This document shows, one piece after another, positions 1 to 22,100 of a DNA stretch of 64,000 bases. Both the position numbers and the translations under genes were made by a program. The notes beneath the pieces were generated by a model. It did no database searches. It was not told where the DNA came from and saw nothing but the letters and a program-made list of their open reading frames with translations. The first letter of the stretch is position 1; every line of letters begins with the position of its first letter. This DNA comes from Bugula neritina (Eukaryota > Animalia > Bryozoa), in NCBI GenBank assembly GCA_964035545.1, contig OZ037765.1, positions 22,567,504 through 22,631,503 of the forward strand, given 5' to 3'.

Positions 1-959
1 TTCCTGCTATCAAAAAGCTTATCTACTAACCTGGCTAACCTAAATAGTGTCACTGATAGTGAATTGTATAATCATATGACAGGTTAGAGACTTGAAGCTA
101 TATAATTAGTCTCTTTAATAATGATGTCACTGTGAGAGTATCAGTAATAGTTATTAGCTGCTGCAACAATGGTTATTGAAATACAATTTGGTGCTATTGA
201 ATAGAGACACATAGTTTAACATGATGTGCTCAAAATAAACATAAATAATAATGAGTGATCCATGCAGGGTAATAATATTAAATAAAAACATAATTTTATT
301 AGTTTGAAATTAATAACACTGCAAGCAGATACTCTTTATTTCAGCAAAAACCGAAATAAGAGAATGTAAAACTGGTATACATATACTCTCATGGAATACC
401 TAAAGTTAATCACTGACTGTATTGATAACAGTGTAATTTTAAATTCAACATTTAGTGCATTGGTACAGCATGAACACAATATTAAAAATAATACTGTGGA
501 ATGTCATACATGATCATCATCATTACTATCACTATACAGTATTTGTGCTAGTAGATATAAAGGTGAAATACAGTGAAAGTGATAATTAAAATAAACTACA
601 ATTCAATTTGCTTAAACATTCAGCTGTGATATCAATACTTGCCAACGGCAGTAGTAAGTAGATAATTTATACCCTTATGCTGCTGCACTGTTACCACCAT
701 GAGGTCTACTAACAAAAGTATATTTAGCAATAGTTTATAGTCATAGTATCACTATCAATATGCTGTCTATGCATATTCTTTGTATAAATCATCTATTATT
801 TTGCAATACTTATAAAAATTTAAAAGCACCATTAAGTTGTAATATAAGTAACAGATTTTAAATAAAAACGAATATTTATATTTATAGTATTACTAATTTA
901 GCAATACTCAAAAAAGTTTGGGTCATACATTATTATTAATTATATAACCAATTTAAACA

Positions 960-1900
960 TTGGTATTACTGTTACTGTATTAGTGTTACTATAAGTACAA
1001 CCATTAGTATTACTATTAGTATTATTTAGCACGAGTATCAGTATAAGCAATACTATTACTATTACTATTAGTATTATTATTACTATTAGCAGTAGTAATA
1101 ATTATAATATTAAATTTATTAATACTAAGTCTAATAGTTAGAGTAATAATACTAATAGACATACTCAGAGTAAAACTAAAACTGTAAAAAGTAAATGTAA
1201 TAGTAATACTAATGGTAATACTGATAGTAATAGTACTATTAGTAGTACTATTAGAATTACTTTTAGTATTACTATTAGTATTACTATTAGTAATACTAAT
1301 ACTAACAGTAACTCTAAGTATAACACTAATACTATAAGTATAAGTATTACTACTAGTACTAGTAGCATTAATGATTACTCATTACTCAAGCTAATACTAA
1401 TACTAATAGTAATAGTAATATTAATACTAAGACTGACGAGTGACAGTAATATTTAGACTTATACTTATAGTTATATTATTACTAACTGCCAAGTTTATAG
1501 TTATAGTTATACTAACTATTACTATTACTAATAGTAATACTATTACTAATGCCATTACTAATACTAATAGTAATACTAATAGTATAGTTAGTATTAGTAT
1601 TACTATTAGTATTAGTATTAAGTGAGTAAGTCTAATACAGTAATAGTAATAGTAATACTAATTGAGTAATACTAATTATAATAGTAATTGTCTATAAGTG
1701 TAAGTATAACATTAAGACTTAAAGTTAAGTTTAACTATACTTGTATAATTATTATTAACTAAAGTTAGTATAAGTATAACTATAACTTAAGTATAAGTAT
1801 AACTGTATAACTATAAGTTAATAGTATAACATTAACAGGTGATTAACTATAATCTACAAGTATAACTATAAGTATAAGTATTACTATTACTATTAGTATT
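960..1900. repeat. Low-complexity TAG/TAT/TAA (TAC/AAT) trinucleotide mosaic tract
   Basis: Sequence consists of tattactattagtattag / aatactaatagtaatagt-type units. It generates the spurious L/V/I- and T/I/N/S-rich ORFs at 1165-1625. Confidence 0.9.
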
Positions 1901-2059
1901 TTCTTCATATTGAATCTTGATGTTACTATAATGATGGCAAGTTTTTTTTAATAATAGCACTAATCGTGTCATGAACTTAGATCAAATTTTAGAGTGTAGT
2001 ACTAGCAGTAGTTGTAAACCAACTAAAGATAATCCTCATCATGAAGTAAACTTTCTATC

Positions 2060-2360
2060 ACAATAGCTTATCCGGATGTCATCGCTAATAAAGTTCAAGT
2101 TCTAACATCTCAGTTTTATTTAGCTTTGTAAATATTTATCGGGGAGGTGTTATACAGATTCGTTACGCATATCAAATTAAGGCTAAAATACGCGTCCTTA
2201 GGTTTTGACCAAAACATCGATATAATAGAGACAATTACTGTTAGACTATGATAGACAACTCCTACAGCAATAAAGCCTTGTTACTTTTAATAGAAAGTTC
2301 CATTGCAAAGTAATATGTAATACTAAAGTATATTCAGTGAAGACTAAGATGACGTCATGA
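2060..2360. promoter_or_regulatory. CpG-enriched patch with a CRE palindrome; possible promoter of a gene running off the left edge
   Basis: Several CpGs (tccggatgtcatcgc, cgttacgc, tacgcgtc) occur in otherwise CpG-poor DNA, with TGACGTCA at ~2350-2357. The patch sits next to a low-complexity tract like those beside the other gene 5' ends. Confidence 0.3.
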
Positions 2361-3904
2361 AACAAACATTAATAGCAATTTAGCAGTATAAATTGTATAA
2401 AATGTCTCTGTTTTGAATTTTGAGCGCTGTATATAATCTGCTAAACCTGCACTTGTTATACATGATAGTGTTGAAAATATTATAGATCATGAATATGAGT
2501 GAATTATTGTTGACTATACTAAACAATATAGTTAAATTATAAAATATTTGAGACTTTTTAAAGTTTAATTTCAGCTTATATTACTATAAGAGTTGTAATT
2601 ATTAATTTATCAGTTAGAGGTATTTATAAGTATTTCAAAAGCTTGAACTGATTGGTTAGAATGTAATATCATTTGCAGCTTTAAGAAGTACTCAAAGCAT
2701 CAAGTTAAATTTAAACATGCTATTTCTGCTGTACTGAAGTAGTTCACCGCAGCTTTAAAAAATTTTGAACAGCTACATCAATTTATATATAATACTAAAG
2801 ATGTCTGTGTAGCAATGTAAAAGAATACAATTTGCTATGACAAATTAAATAGTTGCTTTGCTGTTTTTTGCAAAAGGAGAAATGCTTGACTGTTTTAGTT
2901 GTACGCTAAACAAAAAGACTGTGAATTGAAATAAAATCAAAGATTTCAAGCTTTTACAGATGCATCTTAGATGCAAAGAATATGAGACTGCATTTACTGG
3001 GTTACAAAGTCGTTACATGCAGAAAATGAAATTATGTACATGCAACATAATATACGTTTGTTATTTTATTAGTTATGGGACACAACCTAAACTGGTTATG
3101 CCATTCTATAGTTGGACATTTCAAAGAACAATTTCTTTGAGCATAATTTTCTTCTGACTATCCAAGACTTATGGTAATAAGTGCACTAGGAATGCATTTA
3201 TGTGATTTCTTATTAGCAACTAACAGAAAATTTAGAAATAACATTTTATCAATTGACATGTATTCTATAATAGAACAATTTTCTACACAACAGATACAGA
3301 GAATAAATTATAAAATATCAAGCATTAACAACAACATCAATGTAATAAGTTTGCATCTCTAAGAAAACTGGCAGAATTGTGCACAAGAATATAATAGTCT
3401 TGGTTATTCTTTGTCTACACAATAATATGATATAGCTATATATCAGTTATAAATAGCAAACAAGCAGAAAAATAAAACTTCAAAAGTTGACATATATAAA
3501 GAATAAAACTATGTATCGACAGCAAAGTTGATGGTACAATAAAAGAGCTCAAAATTATGCAGGAAAGTAACTGGTGGGTATTGTGAGTACAGGCAGTGAC
3601 TAATGATGTAAATGTTTTTAATAAATAAAACTTCCTTACAACAGCTGGCATTATAATGGCTTAATATGATATCTCATGATAACAAAAATACTAAGTAAGC
3701 ACGATTAGATAATATAATTATTTAAGATGCACTGCCGTGATAAATAATAACCAGAAGATCAGAAAAAATAAACAAATTTTGATACTTCACAACATGTTTA
3801 AATATTTAGTTAAAATACAAAGTTTTATTTAATTTATAATGAGTTGAATCTTTAACAAAGCGACAGACGGAGTGTGTTGTAATATTTTGTACCATCAACT
3901 TGGG

Positions 3905-4846
3905 TTACTCGATGACTGGGGTAACTTGACTTTTGCAAAAGAGCCTTTTAATGGTTGCCCGATAGCCTTTGGTCATGACGCCATAAATGACCACATTAAG
4001 CATTCCATACATACTTATGAATAAACTGTCTACCAAACTCACTGACTGTGCAGTAGAACTCTCTATTCCTGGAATCTTAACTATCAGCCCAATGAAGGGT
4101 TGTGCCAAGAAGCTGAGGTAATAAGAGATCATGATGGCAATTATTGTAATCGTGGCTTTTCTGGTGAGTGTGTCTTGACTTGTCAAATTGCTTCTTTGTC
4201 TCATCTTTCGAAGCTCCCGTAAAGTGATGACAAGAAATGTGGTGTGACAAATTAACATCAAGGTGTGTAGCCAGTAGCAGAAAAATATTTTCCCAATTAA
4301 CGTATCACAATGTTTAATTCCATCATACTTGTGAAAGCAGAACTTTTGGATGCTGGTCCCACTTTTAATTGTTAATAGCATTATGAGAAGCAAACATGGG
4401 AGGGTGAGAAATAGCCAGAAGAATCGAACAAATTTGCTGTCTTCGTACTGATATGGTCGGGCCAAGACAAGCCATCGGTCGAAAAATGCTAACGTGAGGA
4501 CTATTATCCTGCTGTAAGAGCTGAACTCCTGGAATACTAATGCAGCAGCAGCCATGTAGATGTTGGAGACAACTAGCTGCCTTGTCCCACAGTTGAATTT
4601 AACCAGAAATTTCACAGCATCCAACATGTCAACGATGCTTACAGCGATGATAATTTTATAGTATAAGTTAATTTTCCTACCCATAGACTTATAGATGATT
4701 CCAATATGGAGAAGATTCAACACCAGGGAGAAACCATTCATAGCGTTGAGAGAATATAGGAACCAACTTTCAGCTAGGCACACGGAATTGAAGTCATCAC
4801 ATAGTCTCATATTGAAATCAGATGTAGCATTTGAGGTTTCGTTCAT
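3905..4846 (-). CDS. Intronless rhodopsin-like (class A) orphan 7TM GPCR, 313 aa
   Basis: Single ORF with N-terminal N-glycosylation sequons (NET, NAT) and seven hydrophobic segments. Motifs: TM2 'VDML', TM3-end 'FDRWLVLARPYQY' (DRY variant), basic ICL3 'RELRKMRQRS', TM7 'GMLNVVIYG' (NPxxY variant) and a helix-8 Cys. Confidence 0.9.
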   Translation of the reverse strand: MNETSNATSDFNMRLCDDFNSVCLAESWFLYSLNAMNGFSLVLNLLHIGIIYKSMGRKINLYYKIIIAVSIVDMLDAVKFLVKFNCGTRQLVVSNIYMAAAALVFQEFSSYSRIIVLTLAFFDRWLVLARPYQYEDSKFVRFFWLFLTLPCLLLIMLLTIKSGTSIQKFCFHKYDGIKHCDTLIGKIFFCYWLHTLMLICHTTFLVITLRELRKMRQRSNLTSQDTLTRKATITIIAIMISYYLSFLAQPFIGLIVKIPGIESSTAQSVSLVDSLFISMYGMLNVVIYGVMTKGYRATIKRLFCKSQVTPVIE

Positions 4847-7010
4847 TTTGCTTGTTATGCGTTTGTATAACTTTGTCTTGCTGCTTCAAACAATGTAATG
4901 CCATAAACTTACAGTGCTTTAGAAAACATGAAGATACATACATGGTTGAAAAGCAATTTCGTTAATGGTTTTTAAGTTTTGCATATAAAGTTTCCAAGTT
5001 ACAACAGTTCTTTGAGCTTTTAATATCCTGTATTAGATCACTGGCTAATACTGAAGCTATAAATTGTTGACTTGGTATGATGTCAAATGAAACTATAACA
5101 TCTTTTCAAACCTCAACTTAATTACTTTGAATCAATATTATATAATCTTTTATGGGAGATTAAATTTTCGTATAACAGAAATTAAGCTACAAAATGACAA
5201 GAAATTAATTATTTTGAAGTACTCCTTGTTTGGACTTTAATTTCCCTATCGGTGATATTCCTTAAACTTACAGCATGCCAAAAGACTAAGTCAATGGCAT
5301 CACAACCACAACATATGTAAATGTTTTATTATAACAAGTACTTTATTGCAAGCTGATGGCTTTATTTGAAAATGTGACACATGACACATAATAATATCGC
5401 CATAATGTCTTATGCAGAAATTCCACATAAAAATGCATAAAAGTGACTAAAATATATTATAGAGGGTTGTAGAGGTTAAAAATATGTAATTTTGACGCAC
5501 GATATTAATATTTTGCTGCCACTGTTTGAGTCTTAGAGAATAGTTTAGGATAATCTATCACTTTTTAACTGTGTTGTGTAATATATTTTAATGACATATA
5601 TTGTACGTTTCCAAAAACGATTTTAATTAATAAGAAATATAAAGCAGGTTATGCAGCTAAAGATGCTGGTGTTGCATGTAAAAGCTAATTACTAAAAGTG
5701 TAAATGGCATCTTAGTTATTGTATTTTAAAAGTTTGCTATGAAAACAAAAATGATAGTCAAGACTAGCTTATCTTTGATAAGGAGTTGATATGCCAACTG
5801 CAATCAACTTATATTTTAAACGTTATAGTTATAGGGCTAAATACAACTATAGCTGCATACATGAGAAATATATAACAATGTTGGTGCTGTCTAAAATGCA
5901 AATTTTAGAAAACTTAAAATATAATAAATTAATAATAGCTCACAGTCAAGAGTCACATTTTGTCATGCTCAAAACCCATGCATTTATGGAATAAGCTGCA
6001 ACGCCGGCAAAGGCTTTTTATGCATGTTATATTTCCCTAGTGTATCAGATGCATTGTTCAGATGCACTATGAAATTATGGTACATTTTGAAGTAAAAAAA
6101 TTAGCTAAATTAAAGTTAAAGATTTACGGTATATAAATTTGGGTGATTTTAAATTAGTTTTACAATTATTAGTTTCAAACAAGTAAACATAATGTGCTAT
6201 TTGCTCATCTCATCGGCAATTGCTCATAATAAGTGCAGATTTATACCAAAATAAATTACATATTTTTAATTTAAAGCATCAAATTTCAGTTTATGTGCAT
6301 ATATTATTTTACTAGTTACAATTTAAGCTTCTCTTTTCATTTTAGGTATTAAATATCACAGTAATTGATATAAATTGCTATATCAGTATATATTTAATGA
6401 AGTTGAAGTGTGTGTTTAACAAAACATTTCATTCAAATTATACAATTTTATTATGTAAAAGTGATACAATATAATACAACAGTCAAATCATGAAAAGGAC
6501 AAAATTTAAGGCGCATTGGTTAGAACAATTTTGAAATACCTTGAAAAATAACATATACTTTGCAATTTTACAATATACAAATCAAGCATAATAGAAATGA
6601 ATAGAATTTTCAGTCAATAATTGTTTTTTCAACTTAACACAACTAATTTTATACTATAGGTACAACAGCTAGAATATTTCGGCTTATGAATATATTATTA
6701 TAGTTTTATCAAATAAATAAACTATTAGTGGCACAAAACTTCCATTTATGACTAAAATTGTTTTAAATAATGATATATGCAAGAACTTTTAAAATTTATG
6801 ATATTGTTACAATTTAGTGTAAATAGTGTTAAAATTAATTTTTGTGACATCTGTTGACAAACTAAAACAAGCTGTATCATAAAACCATGGCAGATAACAT
6901 AATTAAAGAAAATATATATTTTATATATTACACTACATTTTAAAAACAAACAACAATCCACAACAATTAATGTAAAGCACTACCATCAAATCTTCAAAAG
7001 CATTGATGCA

Positions 7011-7950
7011 TTAAGCATTTAACTCTCTTGGATGAACTTTGGTCTTGCACAAGATTCTTTGAACAGTCTTCCGATAGCCTTCAGTCATAAAACCGTAGAC
7101 GGCTGCATTCAGTATGCCATACATACTGATTAAAAAATACTGGACAAAGTTCATCAATAACTTCAGTGAACGGCTCGTTCCAGATTTATTCTCCAAAGAT
7201 ACAGTGATGGGTTGTACCATGAAGCAGGTGTAGTAAGCAATGATTATGATCAAAACCGTGGCAGTAGCTTTTCTTACAAGTTTGTCTTCTGGTGTCACAA
7301 CATTTCTCAAATGCATTTTTCTCAACTCTCGAATTGTTAGAACAAGGAATATGGTATGAAGAACAAAAAATACTGAGTAAAACCAATAGCAAGTCATAGC
7401 CTGTCCGATGATTGTTTCACAATGCTGGATACCATGAATTTCATGTAGGCAAAAGTCTTCTACGGTCAGTACATTTTTAACTGTTACTAGAATGGCCATA
7501 AGAGAACAAAACAGAGTGAGAATGAGCCAGAAGAATCGAACAAATATGCTGTCATTATATTGATATGGTCTGGCAAGAACGAACCACCTATCGAAGAATG
7601 CCAGAGTAAGAACGATAATTCTGCTGTAGGAGGCGAGTTCTTGAAAGATTGCAGAGCTAGCGGCTGCTCCACTGTACGAGATGACCAGGTTTCTTAGCAT
7701 GCAGCTGGTGAGCGTCATAAATCTAATAGCCATTCAACACATCAGTAACACTCACAGCGATGACAATCTTCTGGTACAAGTGACATTTTCTCGTCATAGA
7801 TTGATAGATGACACCAATATGAAGAAGGTTGAGCACTATAGAAATACCGTTTACAGTGTTCATAGGGTATAGAAACCACCTGTCGGCTAAACATACCGAA
7901 TTAGAGTCTTCACACAGTCTCATTTGAAATCCAGATGTAGAATTGTTCAT
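7011..7950 (-). pseudogene. Paralogous intronless GPCR with a single +1 frameshift at 7730-7731
   Basis: ORFs 7723-7950 (MNNSTSGFQMRLCEDSNSVCLADRWFLY...) and 7011-7733 (...FDRWFVLARPYQY...NAAVYG) align end to end with the 3905-4846 protein. Removing one G from AAT-G-GCT restores a 312-aa frame. Confidence 0.85.
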
Positions 7951-9160
7951 TTTTCATAAATTTCGAACACCTTGAAACTAAACTAAACTTATGTGCTGCT
8001 GATGCTGAAGTCAAACACAAAATAATATAATGTGATGCTTTGTAGAACAGCCTTAATTCAATATAATAACATTGCTATGCCAAAGGTTATATTTAGCTTT
8101 GCCCAATAAAATAGGTATTCACTTGGAAGCATGCGCATACCTACACACATATTGACACTGGTTGAGCAGTCTTTATACAAAGTTTAGTGAATGCATTAGC
8201 GCCAAAAATAGAGCATCAATTAAACTAAGAATTTTTTTAAAAATTAAGAAAAGTTAGTTAATGTTTTTCAGTCAATAACCTGAATAAAACAAATTAAATC
8301 ATAAAGGCAATTATACAATGATATATAATTAATGGTTAATTGTAACCATAGATTACTAACATGATCCTAGATTGCATCCCATTTAGCTACATTATATTGC
8401 AGATTACAACAACTGAATATTAATCAAAACTTGCAAAACTATAATACAAAGATGCATTGTTAAAACAAGATATATTTTTTCAACTGGATTTATGTAGTTA
8501 TACTCAAGAGGACTGAAATTACAGCTATTCTTTTATATTTGGTAAGTCAAAATTGCGTAACCAAGCTGGTTTCTAATTTTTCATTTTTATTTCTCAAATA
8601 TGCCTATTTTACAGCAATAAGATAAATATCCATGAATCTAAAAAATAGCACAAATAAAACTTCAACTAAAAAGGAAATGAAATCAGCAAACTATTAATGT
8701 TCTTATTAAGGAAGATTTGTTTTTAAATATTGGGAAATATGCAATAACTTAAAAAATATTGATCAACAGATTAAATGGGTATTTTTATTCACTATACAAT
8801 ATCAACTCTGAATACATTGTTTACACTAAAAAATATAATAAAAAACAATTTATCACAGCAACAATAGAACTAACAATTTTAGCTAAATTATTGATACATG
8901 ATTTTATAACAGTAATTAAAGTTAGGAAATAGTTGTTCAACCTCAAAATAATACAATAAGTTAACCTGAGCAAAAATCTATTCTTTATATCTTCGCATAC
9001 AAAGTTTACATATTTTTTTCAAAGTACTTTACGGAATCAATTATACATTAAACATAAACAAGTATTTTTAACTAAACATAATTTTTCTTTTAAAAAATAA
9101 AAATTGTATTAATTAGCAGTCATTTTAAGATGCAAGCTTAGCTTCCCTGTGGTAGAGACT

Positions 9161-17511
<8,351 letters not shown>

Positions 17512-18207
17512 AACTGTATGTGTGACAAAGCTCCTGAAGTGAAATTCAAACCTACAATAAAAAAAATCCCATAATAACCTAATTCTGTACAATTGAAAAA
17601 ACCTTAAATCTACTTCTAGTATATAATTTACCAACATATTTGCTAGCTAAAAAATTAATTTAATAATGACTTGCTATAGAGACAATTGTTAAATTAGATA
17701 ATTTAAATTATTCTTGTCATTATCATTATCATCATAGTTGGAAGTTTTGCTGGTACTAACTTACGATCTTCGAATTAGACAACTGCTGACTTTTTATTTA
17801 TTGATACCCACATCACCATGATACTTCCAGTCAAACTACCATAAACCAAAAAAGCAATTTATGTTCCAGAAATTTTAATAACATTTATTAATAACTATAA
17901 AAATACAATACTATTGATTGCAGCAACTCCATAGGTATTTGCTACATTTTATAGAGAGAAAAAAACTAAAATCAGGATAAAAAGCAAAAAGTAGAAAATA
18001 TTAAATTATCTTGTAAAAATAATTAAATTCAATTTACTGTATCTTGTAATTAAGTTAATTATTATCATTTATTGTTTCTATTTTACAAACAAGACAGCGT
18101 ATAAAATAATATTAATTCACTGCTAAGCATTATATTTAGTTGAAACTACATTCTTAAATTATACTAATACATCATAATTAGGAATAGGCCTATTGTCATT
18201 AACAATA

Positions 18208-18434
18208 GGAAGCAGCCGTGATGTAGTGGTTAAAATGCTGGCCTAGAACACACGAGGTCAGTGGTGCGAGTCCAAACACCACTGGTGATGGTAGGAAAAA
18301 CATTCAGCCATAAATCTTCCTGAGCTATATTAGTTTTAAAAAGTCTGAACTTTAAGGCTGAAAATACTTGAAAAACTCTTTCTAACAAGGGTTCTTACAA
18401 GGATAGCAACTATAAACGCACGTAACATTTTTTT
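18208..18434 (+). mobile_element. tRNA-derived SINE copy
   Basis: Head ggaagcagccgtgatgtagtggtt (A-box-like), ggtgcgagtcc (B-box-like), ccactggtgatggtaggaaaaacattcagccataa, and the conserved 3' end followed by a T tail. Confidence 0.8.
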
Positions 18435-18656
18435 ATTAAACTAGTTATTATAATATATGTCAATATAAATATTATACTTATAGCCACTCACACTGCCACA
18501 TGCAACACTCACCCTAACTCAAGACCGAGTCAAACTCCAAGTGACACTGACTCAGTCACAGTGAGTGTGACTGCCCAGTAAAAAAGTTATTCATATATCT
18601 AAAGGCCAAAACTTTAGTAGTTGTAAATGGACACATTAGAAGTTACTTAAAATATA

Positions 18657-19184
18657 CCTAGAATTTTCTTTGCGATCAAGCAATTCCTATATAATTATTC
18701 AAACTTTTTGAAGGTTTGCTATTTCAACTAACAGTTTAAGTTTTGCAAGTTTGTTTTTAAATGGTCATGGCGACGGAAGTTGAAGTCGCGGCGAGCTTGC
18801 TGCCCAATAACCTGGTAACTTTATTTGAACTTTTGAAACTCTCACGCTAAAGACAAATAGTCATGGAGTCATTTATGTAACCCAGGCTAACTAATATTTT
18901 TGGCTGTCTTTTCAAATGTCGTTACTATTCACTGCAATTAAAATTATTACAATTAATTTCAATAACTTTTATTTACTTAATAAAATATAGTTCAAGTAAA
19001 GAGAGTTGAGCGATAGTGATGTGAATTTTTGTCATTGTTAGGTTTATAGAAAGTAAACGCAAAACTTGAATTTTGTAGCTAGCAATTTCAATTTAGAATT
19101 AGTGGGCGGTTATTTTCCCAGGCCCATTGCCCATCGGCATATCATTTTGGTCTTTAAAATAGGAGCGCGTATGACAACAGCAAC
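18657..19184. promoter_or_regulatory. Bidirectional promoter and first exons of SANBR (-) and LIN9 (+)
   Basis: CpG-enriched patch between divergent genes. It contains ETS-type CGGAAGT (18774-18780), TTTGAA hexamers (~18825-18837), GGGCGG (~19104) and TTTAAA just upstream of the LIN9 ATG. A probable non-coding SANBR exon ends at a donor at ~18657. Confidence 0.65.
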
Positions 19185-22100
19185 ATGGCTGAAGCAAAGA
19201 TAGAAGGTTAGTCTGAATGTTTTCTCTTTTTTTACTGTTACTGGCCATTTACTGAGGAGCTTAAATGTGTGTGTTGTCATCTCATTTAAGTGCTGATAAA
19301 GTTAAACCTTTTCAATGTGAATATGAATACATTTTTAGCGATTCCCTTGGGCTTGGAGTTGGCGGTCTAACTCTATTCACTTTCAGATATAATATTATTA
19401 ATATTAATATTATTATTCAATATGAATATTTGTTAAATTTTGTAATTGAAATAATTGCCAGTTGGCTTTGCCATTTGGAAAACCAAAATGAAAATGGTTA
19501 CAAATGAACTTAATCTTATAGTTATAGTTATACGTATACCTGTAGTTCTACTTTAAATTTTAATGCCAATAGTTAATGCTATAGTCAGAATGAAAATGGT
19601 ATTTGACTATTTCTTTGCTAACAATTAGAATTAGTAAAATGGTAGTAATTTTAGTATTACTACTAGTAGTACTATGATACTATGTCTATTGCTAGTATTA
19701 CTGTTAGTATTCTGTATTAGTATTACTAGTATTATTTATTATTACTATTACTATTAGTATTAGTATTATTATCAAGATTAATTTTTTCTACTGATACAGT
19801 GATTGTCATAATCATAATTACGATGAATATGATTACACATAGTCCTAGTCTTACTCTTAGTCATAGTGATACTGATAGTCATAGTGTAACTATAAGTGTT
19901 ACTGTAACACTAACTGTCAGACTTAGTGTTAGTTTCACTATTTTTAATTACTTTTTTTAATGATTTTTAATTATTTGCTTTTGCTGCTATTGCTAGGTTA
20001 AACCTAATGTTAATACTAATAGTAATTGCTGTGTTTTAGTATATAGAAATATTTATGGTAGCAGACCGAAAGAAATAGCAATGTGAAAAACATTACATCA
20101 TAAGTTATAAGTGTAGTTGCAAGTGGCAAGTTGCAATATGCAAGTGTTAAGATAAGTAAAAATGCTGGATTTTTTATACCAGTCAAAAGAGTTAGCTATT
20201 GTGTAGTAGCCATAATTAGTGTGGAAAAAGCATAATATAGCTGGCATAGCTGTGATGATACATGGAAAGCTATAATGAATTGGGGAAAAGCTTTCCCAAC
20301 TCCTGTAATGTCCCAACACTAATATTAATAGTAAATGTAATTAGTATTAGTATTACTATTACTATTACTAATAGTATTACTATTATTATTAGTATTACTA
20401 TTACTAGTAGTATTACTATTAGTATTAGTAATACTATTACTAGTAGTATTACTATTAGTATTAGTAATACTATTACTAGTAGTATTACTATTAGTATTAG
20501 TAATACTATGACGAATACTAATACTAGTAATACTAATACTAATAGAAACTGTTAGGGGTGTAGGTTTCACTGTTAGAGTTTCACTCTACTGTGAAGCATT
20601 GTGAGGTTTCACTATTGAGTATGTGTGTCACTGTGTTGCATGGAGTGGTTCACTGGTTCTTTATTTGCTTATCTTATATACCATGAAACCTAAATTAACA
20701 CAAATTATACCAATACAGAAACAAAATACAAACAAAACAATAAAAAAACTATAGTGGAATACAAAAAAATGAAATACAGGACTTTATGAACAAAAACAAA
20801 ATTAAACAAATGAAACTCTACTGACCTTTGATCTCCTGTTGACACACTATATTTTATGCAAAATTTGTGAACATTTACAACAGAGATCTGAGAGTGACAG
20901 ATCACAAAAGCTGCAACTAAATCCAGTACACATCTGTCAGTTGGCTACATAACAAAACTCCATTGCCCATTGAATTACAAGCCATTTAAAAGCCACGCAA
21001 GCAAGTATAAATGAGGTACAGCAGCAGGCAATCCATAAACCCAAGCTTTCCCAACCACAAAGCCTGGGGTAGCCCGAGTGAACTTTGAGATGACTATTAT
21101 GTCTTTACAGAAACAGTATTCAATTTAATTTTATTATCTGACTTATTATAGTATAAGTATAACATATAAAAGCAGAAAGTTCAAGTTAGAAATAGAATCA
21201 AAAGGGAAAAAAGATTAAATCACTAATAAGTAATAAAACTTATTGCATTTACTTTTATTTTTAACTTTACTTTTAATTTTACCAGAATTTTAGAATTTAT
21301 ACATATAACCAACCGCAATGATTTTAAATAAGGTGATCATAATTGAAATTAGCTATTGTGGTAACTTATTAAATAATAATTGTTGTAATAGTTATCAATT
21401 GTTGTTATTTTAGTAAGTTTCTCATCAAATATTTTAATTGTAAAGTGAATATTTGAACTGATACTGTTGAGTTTGAGGTTGGATGGAAATGGACATAAAA
21501 TAAAATTAAAGTCATTTTCTTCTGCATTATAATTCTACTTTACTGTCAAAGTGATAGAAATTAACTTCGGAAGTTGCCATAGCAACAGTTTTAATAACTT
21601 TGTTTATTATATAATTGTATTGATTGGAATTTAGTACCATGCCAGTTTATGCTGTATGGTCATTACAATAGCAGTTTATTATCTAATAGTATCAATGAGT
21701 TATTAATATTATACTGGATAAACATTTCACCATTGGACAGAAATGATGTTATGGCTTGTATTTATGACGTTTTGGAAATAAGCTATTTTAATTTTTCAGT
21801 GCTCAGTATTTCAATAGGCAGTAAGTTGACTTTTGATTTCTCCAGCAGGTTAGCTTTATGTGTTTACTTGGCAGTATGCATAGCCTGTATTTGTAAACTT
21901 GTAAACAATCCTAGTGATTAATCTCTCTATTTCAGCGGCTAAGAATAACTTGCACTCAAATTTGGCAACAATCAGTATTACTTCTTTAATACTATGATCA
22001 TTTTGTTATATAAATGTCTAAAATGTTATATAAACCAAGAAAATGTTGCTTATTGCTAGTTTTTATATAGCTTATAGTTTTGTATTGAATAACATGATAG

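Noticed and set aside
672-708. Possible small minus-strand exon (MVVTVQQHK) of an off-window gene
   Set aside because: The splice sites are plausible, but there is no homology evidence within the window.
1165-1625. Leu/Val/Ile- and Thr/Asn-rich ORFs (also 20262-20570 and 56863-57048)
   Set aside because: They are translations of low-complexity trinucleotide tracts, with no splice or homology support.
3520-3600. 'TIKELKIMQ' on the + strand resembling the GPCR ICL3
   Set aside because: It is an isolated 9-residue match with no flanking TM segments recoverable.
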